This document shows, in pieces, positions 15,201 to 35,503 of a DNA stretch of 64,000 bases (position 1 is its first letter; every line of letters begins with the position of its first letter). Origin of the DNA: Lingula anatina (taxonomy: Eukaryota; Animalia; Brachiopoda); assembly GCA_051362555.1 (NCBI GenBank), contig CM120645.1, forward strand, positions 22,568,001 through 22,632,000, given 5' to 3'. The notes beneath the pieces are model-generated. The model was not told where the DNA came from and searched no databases. It saw only the letters and a list, made by a program, of their open reading frames with translations. A program made the position numbers and the translations under genes.

Positions 15201-17864
15201 ATTTATGAAGTTTTATGATGGGGGAGTCAAATTTTCACGGGGGAGTCAGATTTTCATTATGTGCACATTTTTATTTTTCTTATTTTTTCATTTCACTGCA
15301 AACTACAAAAAATGTGCCAATGTAACAACCATTTTACATGCTACAAGATCACAGTCATATACTCAAATAAAATAAGATGTATGAAGTTTTGTGGAGGGGG
15401 AGTCAAATTTTCATGGGGGGAGTCAGATTTTCATGATGAAAATCTGACTGGGGAGTCACATTTTCATAATGAAAATCTGACTGGGGAGTCACATTTTCAT
15501 GGGAGTCAGATTTTCATGTTACACCTGGTTTTTTTTCTAAAAAGTTTGGTTTTTTGTTAAAATCTCTTAAGAGATTTAAACAGAGTATAGCCATCAATGG
15601 AGGTCTCGTGGTCTAAAGACAAGCTCAGATATCAGAAGAAAAGCTATAACTGCCGTTTTTGTGGTAAAACAGAATATATTATATTTCTGTGAGTTACTCA
15701 CAATGTTTTCATTGTGAAATATAGATCTCATACAAAGAGTTATTATCCCTTTAAGTACTACAAGTAGACCACAATGTTTGATCCTATATGAAAGCCTCAA
15801 CATCCTATTTACAGCTGAGGAGCCCCACTTCATCCAGTGTCCAGAACCATCCGTCAAGAAGGTCGTAGGCGACTCTGCTAACATCACATGCCGTATCTTC
15901 GGAGCACCAAAGCCGGATATGACGTGGAAGCTGAAAGACGAGGTGGTGTCACAGGGCCAAGTGGGGACCACTGGAGGGGACGTGGGGGGAGCACGCTTTG
16001 TGAGGGAAGCCACTGGCAACTTGATCATAAAGGTACATATTTTCCAGGGGGGGCTTTTATAAGACAGCAGAAGATAATAAAGAATGGAATTCGGAGGAGG
16101 TCTCCATGAGTATTTAAGTTGTACACTTTTAAAGTATCCAATATATATATATGTTGATGAGCTACCGTTAAAGGATAAGTCATTTTAATAAACTTTAACA
16201 TATGTATCTTTGTGCAAACTTCTTTCTGCTCCTAAGTTTTGTTACATGCACTATTATCAATTACAAGTGTTGAACAAGGTTGACAACCTTTTCTTTAAGA
16301 TTCTTTGATTATTTGTTTTAATATTTCCATTCAGAACCTTGAGAAGGAAGACAGTGGGTTTTACCTGTGTGAGGCTGTCAACACATATGGACATATTCAA
16401 CAGTCTGGAGAGCTGATAGTCCGGTGTAAGGAAGGCTCTATTCCCATAGATTTTAGATCGATCTATCCCCGTGGGGAGTCTCACTAGATTACTTTCAGAT
16501 AATCCGACTTAAATGTCCGTCCCGCCTACTACAAGCTGTAAGGGGGTAATTAACTTTCATGTCCGCCCGGCTGACAGCTATTTAGCGTGAACCCCCAGGG
16601 AGTTAGGTCGATCTAAAGTAGGTCGATCTAATCTATGGAAATGGGGTGTAAGGCTCATGCTGGAATATTGTTTGTTTATAGAGCTGTAATTTAATTGCTG
16701 TTATGGAAAATGATTGATTGTGAAAGAATTCAGTTTGTAAGATGAGGAATTGGAATTTCTTTTTTGTGTGTGTGCATTGTCCTCCTATACTTTTCCATTG
16801 AAAATGGAATTTGAAATGAAAGGTAAAAAGAAAAAAAAATGGAATTTAAAATGATATTTGAATTTTTAGCCTCTCTCTCATTATGTATCACACACTCTTC
16901 AATGTCATTCTTGTACCAAACCAACTTTCCAAATCTGATTGGTCTAACTTCCAGATCCCACAGTGATAGACAACCCCCCTGGTAATGTGAGGGGTACAGC
17001 AGGGAGTGTGGTCACCATTAACTGTACAGCCAGCACTGATCCTGAGGAGGAGGAGAACCTCATTGTGACCTGGATGAAAAATGGAGTGAAGATTGACATC
17101 AAGAGTAACCCAAGATACAGGATGAGTGAGTTTGAAAAAAGTTTCATATAATATGGGCATGTCAGTCGTGTGTTGGATTATTTTTGTCTTTGTGAAGAAT
17201 GAATTTAAAAATTGAATAATTTTTCTTGTAAAGAAAATTCTTGTAAATTATGAAAACATTTTCTTTTGCACCATTTCTCTTTTTCTCTTATGTGATTGTT
17301 TTTTGTTTTTTTAGTCTGTGAGTGTGTCCTCTGTCTTAAAAAAGGCAGAGGGTACTTCTGTTAAAAAAAATTAGCAAATAAGATAAAATTTTTTCCATAT
17401 CTGTCATTTTCAATTTCCTATAGATTTGGACAATTGCTAATATATGGTTTAAAATCTGTTCCTATTCAATGTTTCAGATCCAGACAACTCCCTGGTCATA
17501 GATCCAGCCTATGTTAGTGACACTGCAGACTTCAGCTGCAATGCCTCCAATGGTCTGGACTCTGTGGTCAAGTCTGGCAGCCTGGTGGTCAGCTGTAAGT
17601 TCATGCATGGTGCCTAGTACCAGGCCATTCTTGATGGTACCTATAATATACATTGCTTATGGTACCTAGTATCCATAGCTGATGGTACCTAGTATCCATA
17701 GCTAATGGTACCTAGTATCCATAGCTGATGGTACCAAGTATTCATTGCTGATGGTACCTAGTATCCATTGCTGATGGTACCTAGTATCCATTCTTGCTGG
17801 TCTCCGTCCCCAATAGTACCTCTATACATTTCTGATGTTACAAAGTATCCATGTTTGATGGTGC

Positions 17865-17960
<96 letters not shown>

Positions 17961-20900
17961 TGTGTGAGTGAGAGAGAGAGAGAGAAGCATTTCAGTTTAC
18001 AAAATACTTTGGCCATGTTCATTGATCCCAACATTGTACTAATGGGAACACAGATGTCAAATTTGCACCTTGTATTTTTCCAGCCCCACCAGGACCACCA
18101 GTAGATGTCCTCGTAGATGAATGTGGAACAAGACAAGCTCGCATTTCTTGGAGCAAAGGAGCAGAAAACAATGCCAGAATTTTACTGTACATCATTGAAT
18201 ATAGTGTAGCAGACGACCCTGGCAATTGGCAGCAGCTGAAGAACATCAGTGCCCCTTACAGTACGGTCACCTTAGACCTGGCACCGTATAAGTCATACTC
18301 CTTCCGAGTGAGAGCCCAGAATGAGGCTGGAATTGGAGAACCAAGTGCGGTGACTGAGAATACAAAATGTACCACCCCTCCAGAAATTCCTGAGAAGAAC
18401 CCCGATAATCCCAGAACAGAAGATCGTCGACCTAAAACTTTGGTTGTGTTATGGGATGTGAGTATTTTTACCTAATATATCAAATGCCATTAATTTTAGA
18501 TTGATGCTTAACACACATACATTTATTGCTGTCATTCTTCATATTTCAGCCACTGACAAAAGACGAGCTGAACGGCCCAGGATTTCATTACAAGATCAGA
18601 TATCGACGCACCGATCTTGACCGTAACACACCATTCTCAGAGGCCACAGTTGATGATCCGGACCAAGGAGAAATTGTCATTGATTCTGATACCTACAGAC
18701 CATATGAGATCTATGTGGAGGCAGTGAATGACATAGGCACAGCACAGCCCCCTGCACAGAGAATTACTGGCTTCTCTGGGGAAGGAAGTGAGTCTTCATT
18801 GGATTTTATTTTTTATTCCCTTTTTTTTATTCCCATTTAATTTTTTGAAGGAAGGCAAAAGTCTGTAATAATTTCAGTGAGAGGTATTTGACTATGCAGG
18901 TAAACACTGCTAATATGAAGGCTCCATACGTTCCCGGTACTTGCAGTCTGTGATGAAAGATATTCAATAAAGATCAAAGTATAGCTTTTGAAAATACATT
19001 TTTTGGTCGAGTACAGGTCTCATTGTGTGATTTACTGTAATGCTACAATGCAAAAGGGTTTCTTCACCAGCTTTTTTCAGAGGATAATAAGATAGATATT
19101 CTTATGGTTTATGCTTACAGAGCCATCCATATTCCCTGAAAATTTCCGTGAAGATGAAGACGAGACAGCTACAGCAGACACAGTATTTGTGAGGTGGTCC
19201 CCCGTTAAGCCAGAGCCTGAAACTGTGAAGGGCAAGTTTATGGGATATCAGGTGAGAGAAAATGATACGATAATGATATTGGTGAGCGAATAAACATTGC
19301 CAGCAAAGGTTTGGGTAGGATGTCAGGCAAGAGAATCTTTTTTAAAATGCTCACTCGTGATCTCTTTGTTCTGTAATTCTGTATTGAACCTAGGGTACAT
19401 ATAAACAATTTGATATAACAGAATAACATTGTGAATTGTAAAAATCACACAGTGTATTGTAAAAGTCACAGATACATATCTTTGAAAATTTGATTTTGTA
19501 ATGATTGTTACAGATTAAATATATTATTAAATGGTAGCAAAAAATATATTACTCAAAAAAAAAAAAAATACTCAAAATAAAATAAACCTGTACTTGTATA
19601 ATTTATTCAAAATACTGCTACAAAGTGGTCCACCCTCACTGTGACATCCATTTAATGGTACTGACCTCCTCACTTTCAGATTCAGTACTGGCTTGCGGAT
19701 GAAGATGAATCCAAGATGAAGAGAATCAACGTCAATGCCACTGAAGAGACTGAGAACTCTTACGGCAGAGGACGCAGAGCTGCTGACGATGTCAAGGCAT
19801 CCATTCCTGACCTGCCACCCTATGCCGCCATAACTGCCCAGGTGGCCGTCAGGAACAGAAGATTTGTTGGCGATGCATGTCCTCCTATTGATATCAAGAC
19901 AGCTGAAGGAGGTGAGATATAAATGTGATAAGTAGAAACACAAGCCAAAATACTTTCATACTGTTATCATATAGCCAACTTGGACATAGGCTTTCATCAA
20001 ACTCATGTAAGTAAATATGTGAAGAGCTATAGTATGTTATAATTTCATCCATTTTTGGAAAGGACAAAAAGATATAGTCTTTTCTTAAAGAGGGAAATGA
20101 TTAAAAAAGTCACAATAAGATTGTTTTGATGTTTTCAGCCCCAGGCCCAATCACTAACTTTGAGGTGAGTGCCAAGGGCCCAACCCTGATGGACCTGAAG
20201 TGGGAGCCCCCTCTAGTGGCTAATGGTATACTGACTGGATACACCATGGAATACAGAACTGGTAAGTCTCCTGACTAATACTGGTTGATACACCATAGAA
20301 TACAGAACTGGTAAGTCTGGGAGTGCTGGACCATGGTTTCCTTTTCTCTTAAAAAAAAGCTGAACTTTCTCAACTTTAAGTTAGGTTTTGAAGCATAATT
20401 ATGCTTTTTGCGTATTTTCATGTAATCCCAGCTTGCATTTTTGTGTGGAAGGCTGGGATTGTGGTATTTATTTATTTATTTTGATTGACATTGATTTTTT
20501 TCTTATCATAACACAGTAAGTGTCTTGGTTGAAGTAATTATAAGACAGGAATTTGCATTTAATTAGTCTTTTGTGAAAATAAAAGCCAGTGGTATATATT
20601 ATAGTCTGTGAAAAAATGAAGAAAGTCTTGTGCTTAGCATTTTTCATTATTCATGGCAATGTCTTTCCTCCACCAGCCAATGAGTCTGAAGACTTGGGAC
20701 CTGTCATGGTGGAAGAGGTCACAGATCCCACGCAACTGACGCTGAGACTCAGTGACCTGGAGCCAGCCACCAACTATCGCATCACTCTCAGAGCAGAGAC
20801 TGGAGGCGGACTTGGGGAAGAACTGACCAGAGATGCAGAAACCATGGTTATGTGTCGTAAGTTTAGACTTTTGTTGTTGTTTTTGTTGGGTATTATTTAT

Positions 20901-23900
20901 TTTCATTAAAAAAAGCATATATATATTAAGCATAAACAGCAAGTTTACTGATTACTGAAGGAAATCCACTTTGACATTATTTGGTAATTTTGATTCTTAA
21001 ACAGAGTCGACTTTGGCTCTTATTCTTAAATTTGTGATTGTGTCCAGTTGCAAGAATGATTGGTACAGTATTGTGCTAGGTGTGACACTAAGAGGGCATG
21101 TGTATATTATGCACTAAATATTCATTTAGAAAAAACTGGAGCTGCTGTTAACCATGTGTCTGTGACACTGAAATGACTCTCATTGTGGTAGCTATGATCT
21201 AAGTTTATCTCAACCATTGTGTTAGCTGTGACATAAGTTTATCTCAACCATTGTGTTAGCTGTGGCATAAGTTTATCTCAACCATTGTGTTAGCTGTTGC
21301 ATAAGCTTATCTCAACCATTGTGTTAGCTGTGACATAAGCTTATCTCAACCATTGTGTTAGCTGTGACATTAGCTTATCTCAACCATTGTATTAGCTGTG
21401 ACATGAGCTTATCTCAACCATTGCGTTTCAGCACCCAATGCACCAATAGTGGACATTGTGGCTGCAGAGACCAGTATGAGTGTGTCCTGGACGCCAGCCA
21501 ATGACAACCCTGGGACCACTTTTTATGTGGAGTACAGGAGACCAGGTAAGGTCATAAACACCAACACACATAATCATGGGACAACTTTCTATATGTCTAT
21601 ATATATTCTAAATCATAATTCTAAATCTTTATAGAAACTAAATTCCATTATCCTTTGAAGATATATTGCTCACTTTTTCCATGTTTTTCAACTACTAGTT
21701 GAAGAAACATGAAAACACACAATAAAAGGAATGACACTAAGGGAAATGATTCAGGTATAAGTGAAAATTGATGAATTGGTATTTTTTAAAATGACATAAG
21801 ATTGTATAATAATGTAATCATTCTTCAGATGATAACACGTGGATAAGAATCCCAGCAGAAGAAGGTGTCAATTCAGTGGACATTGGACGTTTGGACCCTG
21901 GGATGGAGTATGAAGTGCGTGTGATCGCAAGCAACGACCCAGACAGCACGGAGTTTGAGACTGCTAGTCCCATAGAGACTGTACGGATGGCAGGAGCAGG
22001 TGAGCTGGAACACTGGGAGAATATGTGCTTCAGAAAATATATTATAATCTGTTTCTATAGTTCATTTTCATTTTTTATTGATTGGCTTATTAATTAATTT
22101 ATTAATATATTGTTATCAAAATTATTTGGTTGAAATAAATTATTTATTCATTCATTTATTTATTTAATGAACAATATATCATATATATTTACTGTTCAAA
22201 GATGTATTGATTTATTTGACTTGGCCATTTTAAGACTTATTAGTATTAATGTTCTGTTTCTGTTCTGCATCCAGCTGCTCTGACTGAAGAGCTAGGCCCA
22301 GGGATCTGGTTTGCCATCCTACTGGCCATCATCATCCTCCTCATCATCATCCTGCTCCTCTTCTGCTGCATTAGGAGGAAGAGTCAAAATAAGTATAATG
22401 GTAAGATGGTGCTTTTGGTTGAAAATATTTTTTTTGACTTTGAAAAATTTTTTTAACTATTCCGTTTGTTTTATTCAAGAGGCAAGAAAATGTACGTTTT
22501 ATTTTGTATTCTCTTTTTTCTGTTATTCAGTTACATTAATTTTTTAATCACTTTTTGTTGCTATCCATTGTTGGAATTACTTGTGCTCATGTCAAGAATT
22601 GACACAATTGTCATGATGCTGCAGAAATTAATTGACCAAACAAAAAGGGATGAAATATAAAACCTTATTATGTCCATGTATATGGCTAATTTACATAGAA
22701 AACAAACAGAATTTTTTTATTGAAATATTTCATTATTATTATTATTCCAGTGGAGGAGAAGGAGAAGCTGCGCCCTCACTCTAATGGACCCCAGTTCTCT
22801 GAGTTCAGCAGAGGGTAAGGGGGAGGTTGGTTCAGCATGCTTTCTGCTTCTTTCTTCTCTTCTTCCTTTTATCACCCTGAGTGCCATATGAAACATTTAT
22901 CACCCTGAGTATCATATGAAACATTTATCACCCTGAGTATCATATGAAACATTTATCACCCTGAGTGCCATATGAAACTTTTATCCTTATTGTTAATATA
23001 ATCAGTTGATACTTATGTGAGATATTGTCTTGACGTGGAGGAGAGATAACGTGAAGATTGTAACCCTGGGGGATGGGGTAATGGCATCCAGAAACTGCAC
23101 CAGAATTACTGATCTGTAGTGCCCTTTTATGAAATATGATAAGCTATGTCTGCTACTATTGAATTATAACCTTAAAATTGATTATTAGTATTCTGTTATT
23201 TGCTTTTTTTTTTCATTGGTGTTAAGTCATTGTTGTAAAGGCTTTTTGATCATTAAAAATTTTTAGTAATTAAAATTTGAAGGCAGACATAACATGTTTA
23301 TTAATTTTGTTTTTCGTGTGTGTACATGATAAGGTGAAATTCATCTTTTAAGAGTGACAGGCATTTCATACATCATGCAAAGTATATTTCCTCAATATTC
23401 TCCATGATGCATGCTGGTCTACAACCCTCTTGCTTTATATATACTTCTGCCACTGTCACAGCTTTTAAAACAGTGATGTATAAACACCATGCAGCTTAAT
23501 GAATCTTTTCTAAACCTTTTACTCATGCCCTTTCAACTTTTACTCGTGCCCTTTCAACCTTCTCAGCCTCTTGCGCAAGCTTTTACACTTTGTTATATAT
23601 GAAGAAACAAATTTGTTGTGTTTAGATTCACACTTTTCAATTCTTTTCTTTATCCTGTTTGGATGTATACCTTTGCACTTTATGAAAGCAAAATAAATTT
23701 TACCAATTGAAAGGAACTTGCCTTATATACTTTGGCCTGTATAAGAGAAAAATCATATTACATTTTATTTGCCATATACTTTTTCTCATAAGAGAACATT
23801 TTTATAGTTTTATTTCTTATGTATACTAATTTTTTCTTTGAAAAATGCAAAACAGATTTAAAGTATAGATTATTGTTTTGGAAAAAGGAATTTGCATACA

Positions 23901-24183
23901 TGTACATGTAATTACTATAACAAGAGTAACCAGTCTGAGTTTCTATATAGGTCATAAAATTATATGTAATTTGTATTCAAACAGAGCTCCAGGATCTCAA
24001 GAACCCCTTGAACCAGAGGACGCGGACAGACCAGAGAGTGAATCAGATAGCATGGATCAATATGGAGAAAATGAACTCGGGAAGTTTAACGAAGATGGTT
24101 CTTTCATCGGCCAATATGGCCGCAGCCAGCCTGGCGCTAAGGGACAGGATTCGTCGCGCTCTGCAATGCAAACTTTTGTTTGA
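4533..24183 (+). CDS. Nrg: Neuroglian / L1CAM-family cell adhesion molecule (signal peptide, 6 Ig, 5 FN3, TM, ankyrin-binding tail), about 1282 aa
   Basis: Hand-spliced GT-AG exons with consistent phases: 4533-4623, 8020-8143, 8597-8775, 9081-9269, 9701-9835, 10171-10273, 10584-10786, 11095-11226, 11835-11978, 15815-16032, 16335-16425, 16955-17125, 17478-17594, 18084-18457, 18550-18787, 19121-19251, 19680-19911, 20139-20261, 20677-20856, 21432-21545, 21829-21999, 22275-22400, 22751-22814, 23985-24183 (3849 nt). Signal peptide MARENAVFGIIVLGLLYSC; Ig motifs (CQASGNPAPTYTWYKNG, DHEGNLYFANV, IQCNASNENGYVF); TM GIWFAILLAIIILLIIILLLFCCIRR; KYNVEEKE; FNEDGSFIGQY (FIGQY at 24103-24117) is diagnostic of the L1 family; C-terminal TFV is a class I PDZ ligand. 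Confidence 0.96.
6143..6367 (+). mobile_element. PIF/Harbinger-type MITE (family H1)
   Basis: Imperfect TIRs GGGTGCATTCCCAGAG..TAGATCGATC / GATCGATCTAAAATCTATGAGAATGGGGTC; TTA target-site duplication on both sides; homologous copies elsewhere in the window. Confidence 0.8.
12145..12216. repeat. (TA)n microsatellite
   Basis: About 36 TA units. Confidence 0.95.
12478..15527. mobile_element. 3-kb foldback non-autonomous DNA element with about 1.2-kb inverted arms made of about 184-bp tandem units
   Basis: Termini CCGGTGTACCATGAAAATGTGACTCCC / GGGAGTCAGATTTTCATGTTACACCTG. About 5 units per arm (TGAAAATCTGACTCCCCC near 12571, 12759, 12943, 13128, 13312; reverse complements near 14687, 14873, 15058, 15244, 15420). 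Inversion continues 13571-13709 versus 14381-14508. Spacer of about 660 bp with no transposase ORF; no clear TSD. Confidence 0.85.
16434..16648 (-). mobile_element. PIF/Harbinger-type MITE (family H1), opposite orientation
   Basis: Reverse-complement homology to 6143-6367 (CCCGCCTACT..GCTGTAAGGGGGTAATTAA..TTTAGCGTGAACCCCCAGGGAGTTAGGTCGATCTA); right flank TAA. Confidence 0.8.
17659..17792. repeat. 23-bp minisatellite ATGGTACCTAGTATCCATAGCTG, about 6 copies
   Basis: Direct tandem units in an L1 intron, with degenerate copies at 17608-17645. Confidence 0.85.
17868..17985. repeat. Compound (GT)n(GCGT)n(GA)n microsatellite
   Basis: Seen directly in the sequence. Confidence 0.95.
21201..21424. 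repeat. 34-bp minisatellite AAGTTTATCTCAACCATTGTGTTAGCTGTGACAT, about 6.5 copies
   Basis: Tandem units; the last one runs into the exon acceptor at 21430-21431. Confidence 0.9.
22868..22985. repeat. 28-bp minisatellite TTTATCACCCTGAGTRYCATATGAAACA, 4 copies
   Basis: Direct tandem units. Confidence 0.9.
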
Positions 24184-26738
24184 TTTATTAAAATTAGGAC
24201 TTTTGCTGTTTTTTTAACTGTATAATCAAAAATTGCCAATATATATCAAACTTGTCAAAATGGTGCCGTCAGCCGACTTTATTATAAGATGAGAAGTGTG
24301 CTAGCTATGCATAAGTTTGTGTGATTTTCGTAGACTTACAACAGCCATTTTTACAGCTGTTTAACCTTAGACCCATGAAACATGGATGTATACAATTCTA
24401 TCATGGATCCTGGGTTGAATTTAAAATAACATTTTCATAGCTTTAATATGTTCTCAGACAGGCCTTTGGACAAGTGAGGGTAGGTGGGTTAGAAATTTTA
24501 AAAAAACTTTGGGCCATAAAAGTTCCCCTCTGAATCAAATTATAATTTAGATTTGATGCCATATCTCAAGTTGGGTCAACTAAATTTAGAGATCATTAAA
24601 AGATTCATTTTTTAAGAAAAATAAACTTTATTTCCACCCCTCTTTGAAACTACTGGCTGTGCAGGCCTGTCAGAGCTTGGCTGGGTGTACAGAGAAGAGT
24701 AGGGAATGATGGCCTGATGTAGGTGTTTGGTACCACACCCTGTGCTTTACTATGCAACTTCTTTAAGAAATAATTGCTCAATTTTATACTGCCATTTTTC
24801 TGATTAAATAAAATATTGTTGTTACACTTGTAAAAATAAGAAAATGTTCCCATTTGTATGAAGTAGTTGGAATTTGTAAACAAGATTATTTAAAACATGT
24901 AGTTTTTAAAAACATCTCTAAGATTGATAAAGTTTTCTACGTACATTAAATGATTATTCATAATAATACTGAACTATTTTTAAGATAATTAATTAGTTAT
25001 ATTGATAAACTGATTGATATATTTATAGGAATTTTATTAGCCATGCACTGTCTAATGAGGATAAGAAGTAAGAAGTTATTTCAAGGGTCTGTATCCACAA
25101 AAGATGTGTACACCAGAAGTTGGCCTAAAGTGATAGACAGTTTCTGTTTTTGAATGGAATGCTGCAGAATTATCACGAATGTTGAAGACGGCCTAAGATA
25201 TAGGTCTTAAATTTCAGGCAACCTTTTGTTCCAGTGGTGTAACTTGAATTGGGCCTTGTTCTCTGGGATTGCGATACACTGTAGTTGACTTACTAGTATG
25301 GTGTAATCGAGTAATCACTTTTCTTACTGAAATGCATTTCCATTACACGCAAATCCTCCAGGGAAATTTGAATTCTTCTACATTGTGAACTCGTGTAATA
25401 CCTGTTCATATGCAAATTCTTTTGTTCTTGGATAACACACTCAATCATGTTAACATATATTGCTTAAATGCCAAAGATTATTATAGGAAAGATTCGCAGC
25501 TTTAAAACAGTGATGCTTTGTTTTGCTAGGAATTTAACTTAATTATTTTTCAGATTTTGATTGGCAACATGGAGGGTGTTACAGTGATGACTTGATCTTT
25601 TTACTGGGGAAAAATTATTAATCTTTAATTCAGGCACATAATTTTGAAATCATTAAAATTTATATTCTGTAAAGCATTTTTTTTTTACTGGACAGAACAG
25701 GACTATAGGGTAGCATTCTTTTCAATTGTTGCTGACGTTCAAGAGAAATGTTCTAATTTTAAGGATTTCTTTCTTAAAAAATGTAGTATCTATTAGATTC
25801 ACAATTTTCCAGTTGAAAATACCAAGACATTGCTGTCTTTTTATACAGATCAAAAACATATCCTTTCCATATTTGCCGGCTTTTTGTTTTTTTATTGCTT
25901 TTAATTTTGTATGTTGATATACAATGAAACCAAGTCATACAGTATAGAAAGATGTTTGTTCTTTATATGCCCTTTCTTTGTAATGCTTTAAAAAACCATG
26001 GAAAGCTAAGGCATTGGATGTGTATATTTGCATAATATATAAATCTGATTGGGCTTACTTGTTGCATTAGTTTTGCAATTTGACATTTATAATAGCTAAA
26101 GAATGTGTTTTGATCTTATTTATGTGCACAAAATGCAGTGTCAATGTGTTAAATGATTTTTTTTACATATAATGATAAGGATTAGGTTCAAGTCAAGAGT
26201 ACATGCCAATAGCAACAGAAAAACTTGGTTATTTGAGGAGAAATAGAACTATGGCTAACTTTTCTATTTGGGTGGAAATAGAACTTGTGTGAAGGAATAT
26301 ATAAAAACTCTAATTTGAGGTTTTTTCAAATGGATAATTAATTCAATGTCTTATTAGCAGCAGTTGTAACACTGTCAGTATATTACACGATCACTGGTCA
26401 AAAGATAAATTTTTTAAATTATGTTTCAGAAAGTTGTTGCAAGGAACTAACTCTTAACTTGAACAACAGTTCCAAATTTGTTAATATGTAAATACAGCAA
26501 GGGATCAACCATATGCCCTATCCTGTGGGACACGCTCACCTCATGAACACTGCACGCACACATACATGTACATTTGATATGGATTGTAGTGCGTGCAGAC
26601 AGAATATACAGGATTGATAGGTGTTGATCACCTTGATAATGAGGTGTTCATTTTTTTTACCAGTTTGTAAAAAGTGTTGTATAATTGTGTAATTTGATCC
26701 CAAATGTTTTGTTGATATGTGTATTGTTTATGGTGCTC

Positions 26739-26744
26739 AATAAA
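26739..26744 (+). promoter_or_regulatory. Candidate polyadenylation signal of the L1/neuroglian gene (3' UTR of about 2.5 kb)
   Basis: AATAAA followed by T-rich sequence, just before the convergent CFAP100 3' end; a second AATAAA lies at 26787-26792. Earlier AATAAA sites also exist. Confidence 0.4.
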
Positions 26745-27451
26745 AGCTGAAAGCTTACAAGATTTTCCTTTTGAGTTTTCACTATTAATAAATGTCGAAT
26801 AGCCATTTCAGTTTTTAAGAATTATAATTTAAATCACAAAAAATTCTTGTATTGATAAGTTTTTTCTTGAATTTTTTCATAGCCCTTTTAAATATATTTT
26901 TTAGATTTAATTTAATATTCAAGTTTTATTATATGATACTTATTGGGGATATTTTCATCAAAATATACATCAACGGAACTTGTAATCAGTTTCTTTTAAG
27001 TTCTTTAAAGTGGACAAAAACATTTAAAGAATCAATGTCTTTATTCATAGCCATTCTTACACAATTTTATGTATCACAATTACTTAATACTTTTCATGCC
27101 CAATAATGGCATCAGCATTAAACTGACTTGCCACTATTTACATTTACCACTCTCAATCTCAAAGAAAACAATATTCCCTCGTTTTCATACAGCAAAAAAT
27201 GTAACAGTTCTGCTGAAAAAGAAATTCAGGTGTGTCCTTAAAAAAAAAAAATGTAATACGCTTGTTCCAAAGTGACACTATTTCCATCTAGAGAATTTTT
27301 TCATCTCATCTGCTGGAATTAAGACATCCCCGGTTTTTTCACTTAAAAATTCTGCACCCAAGGGTCAAGAAACTCTGTCCGTGTATGTTAATAAATATGG
27401 CGACCACCAGGCACATAGTGTCTATGACAGCCACCAGGTGGCAGTGGCAGT

Positions 27452-35503
<8,052 letters not shown>

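Noticed and set aside
14549-15560. ORFs of 99-124 aa with repeated peptide blocks (also 12565-12756 and 13369-13566)
   Set aside because: These are translations of the 184-bp tandem units of the foldback element; there are no transposase motifs.
15594-16028. Long antisense ORFs over exons (also 8526-8918, 19572-19943, 38268-38624, 39496-39810)
   Set aside because: Shadow frames of real exons on the opposite strand.
21201-21424. Regular 34-bp repeats superficially resembling a CRISPR array
   Set aside because: Units are head-to-tail with no unique spacers, the context is a eukaryotic intron, and there are no cas genes.
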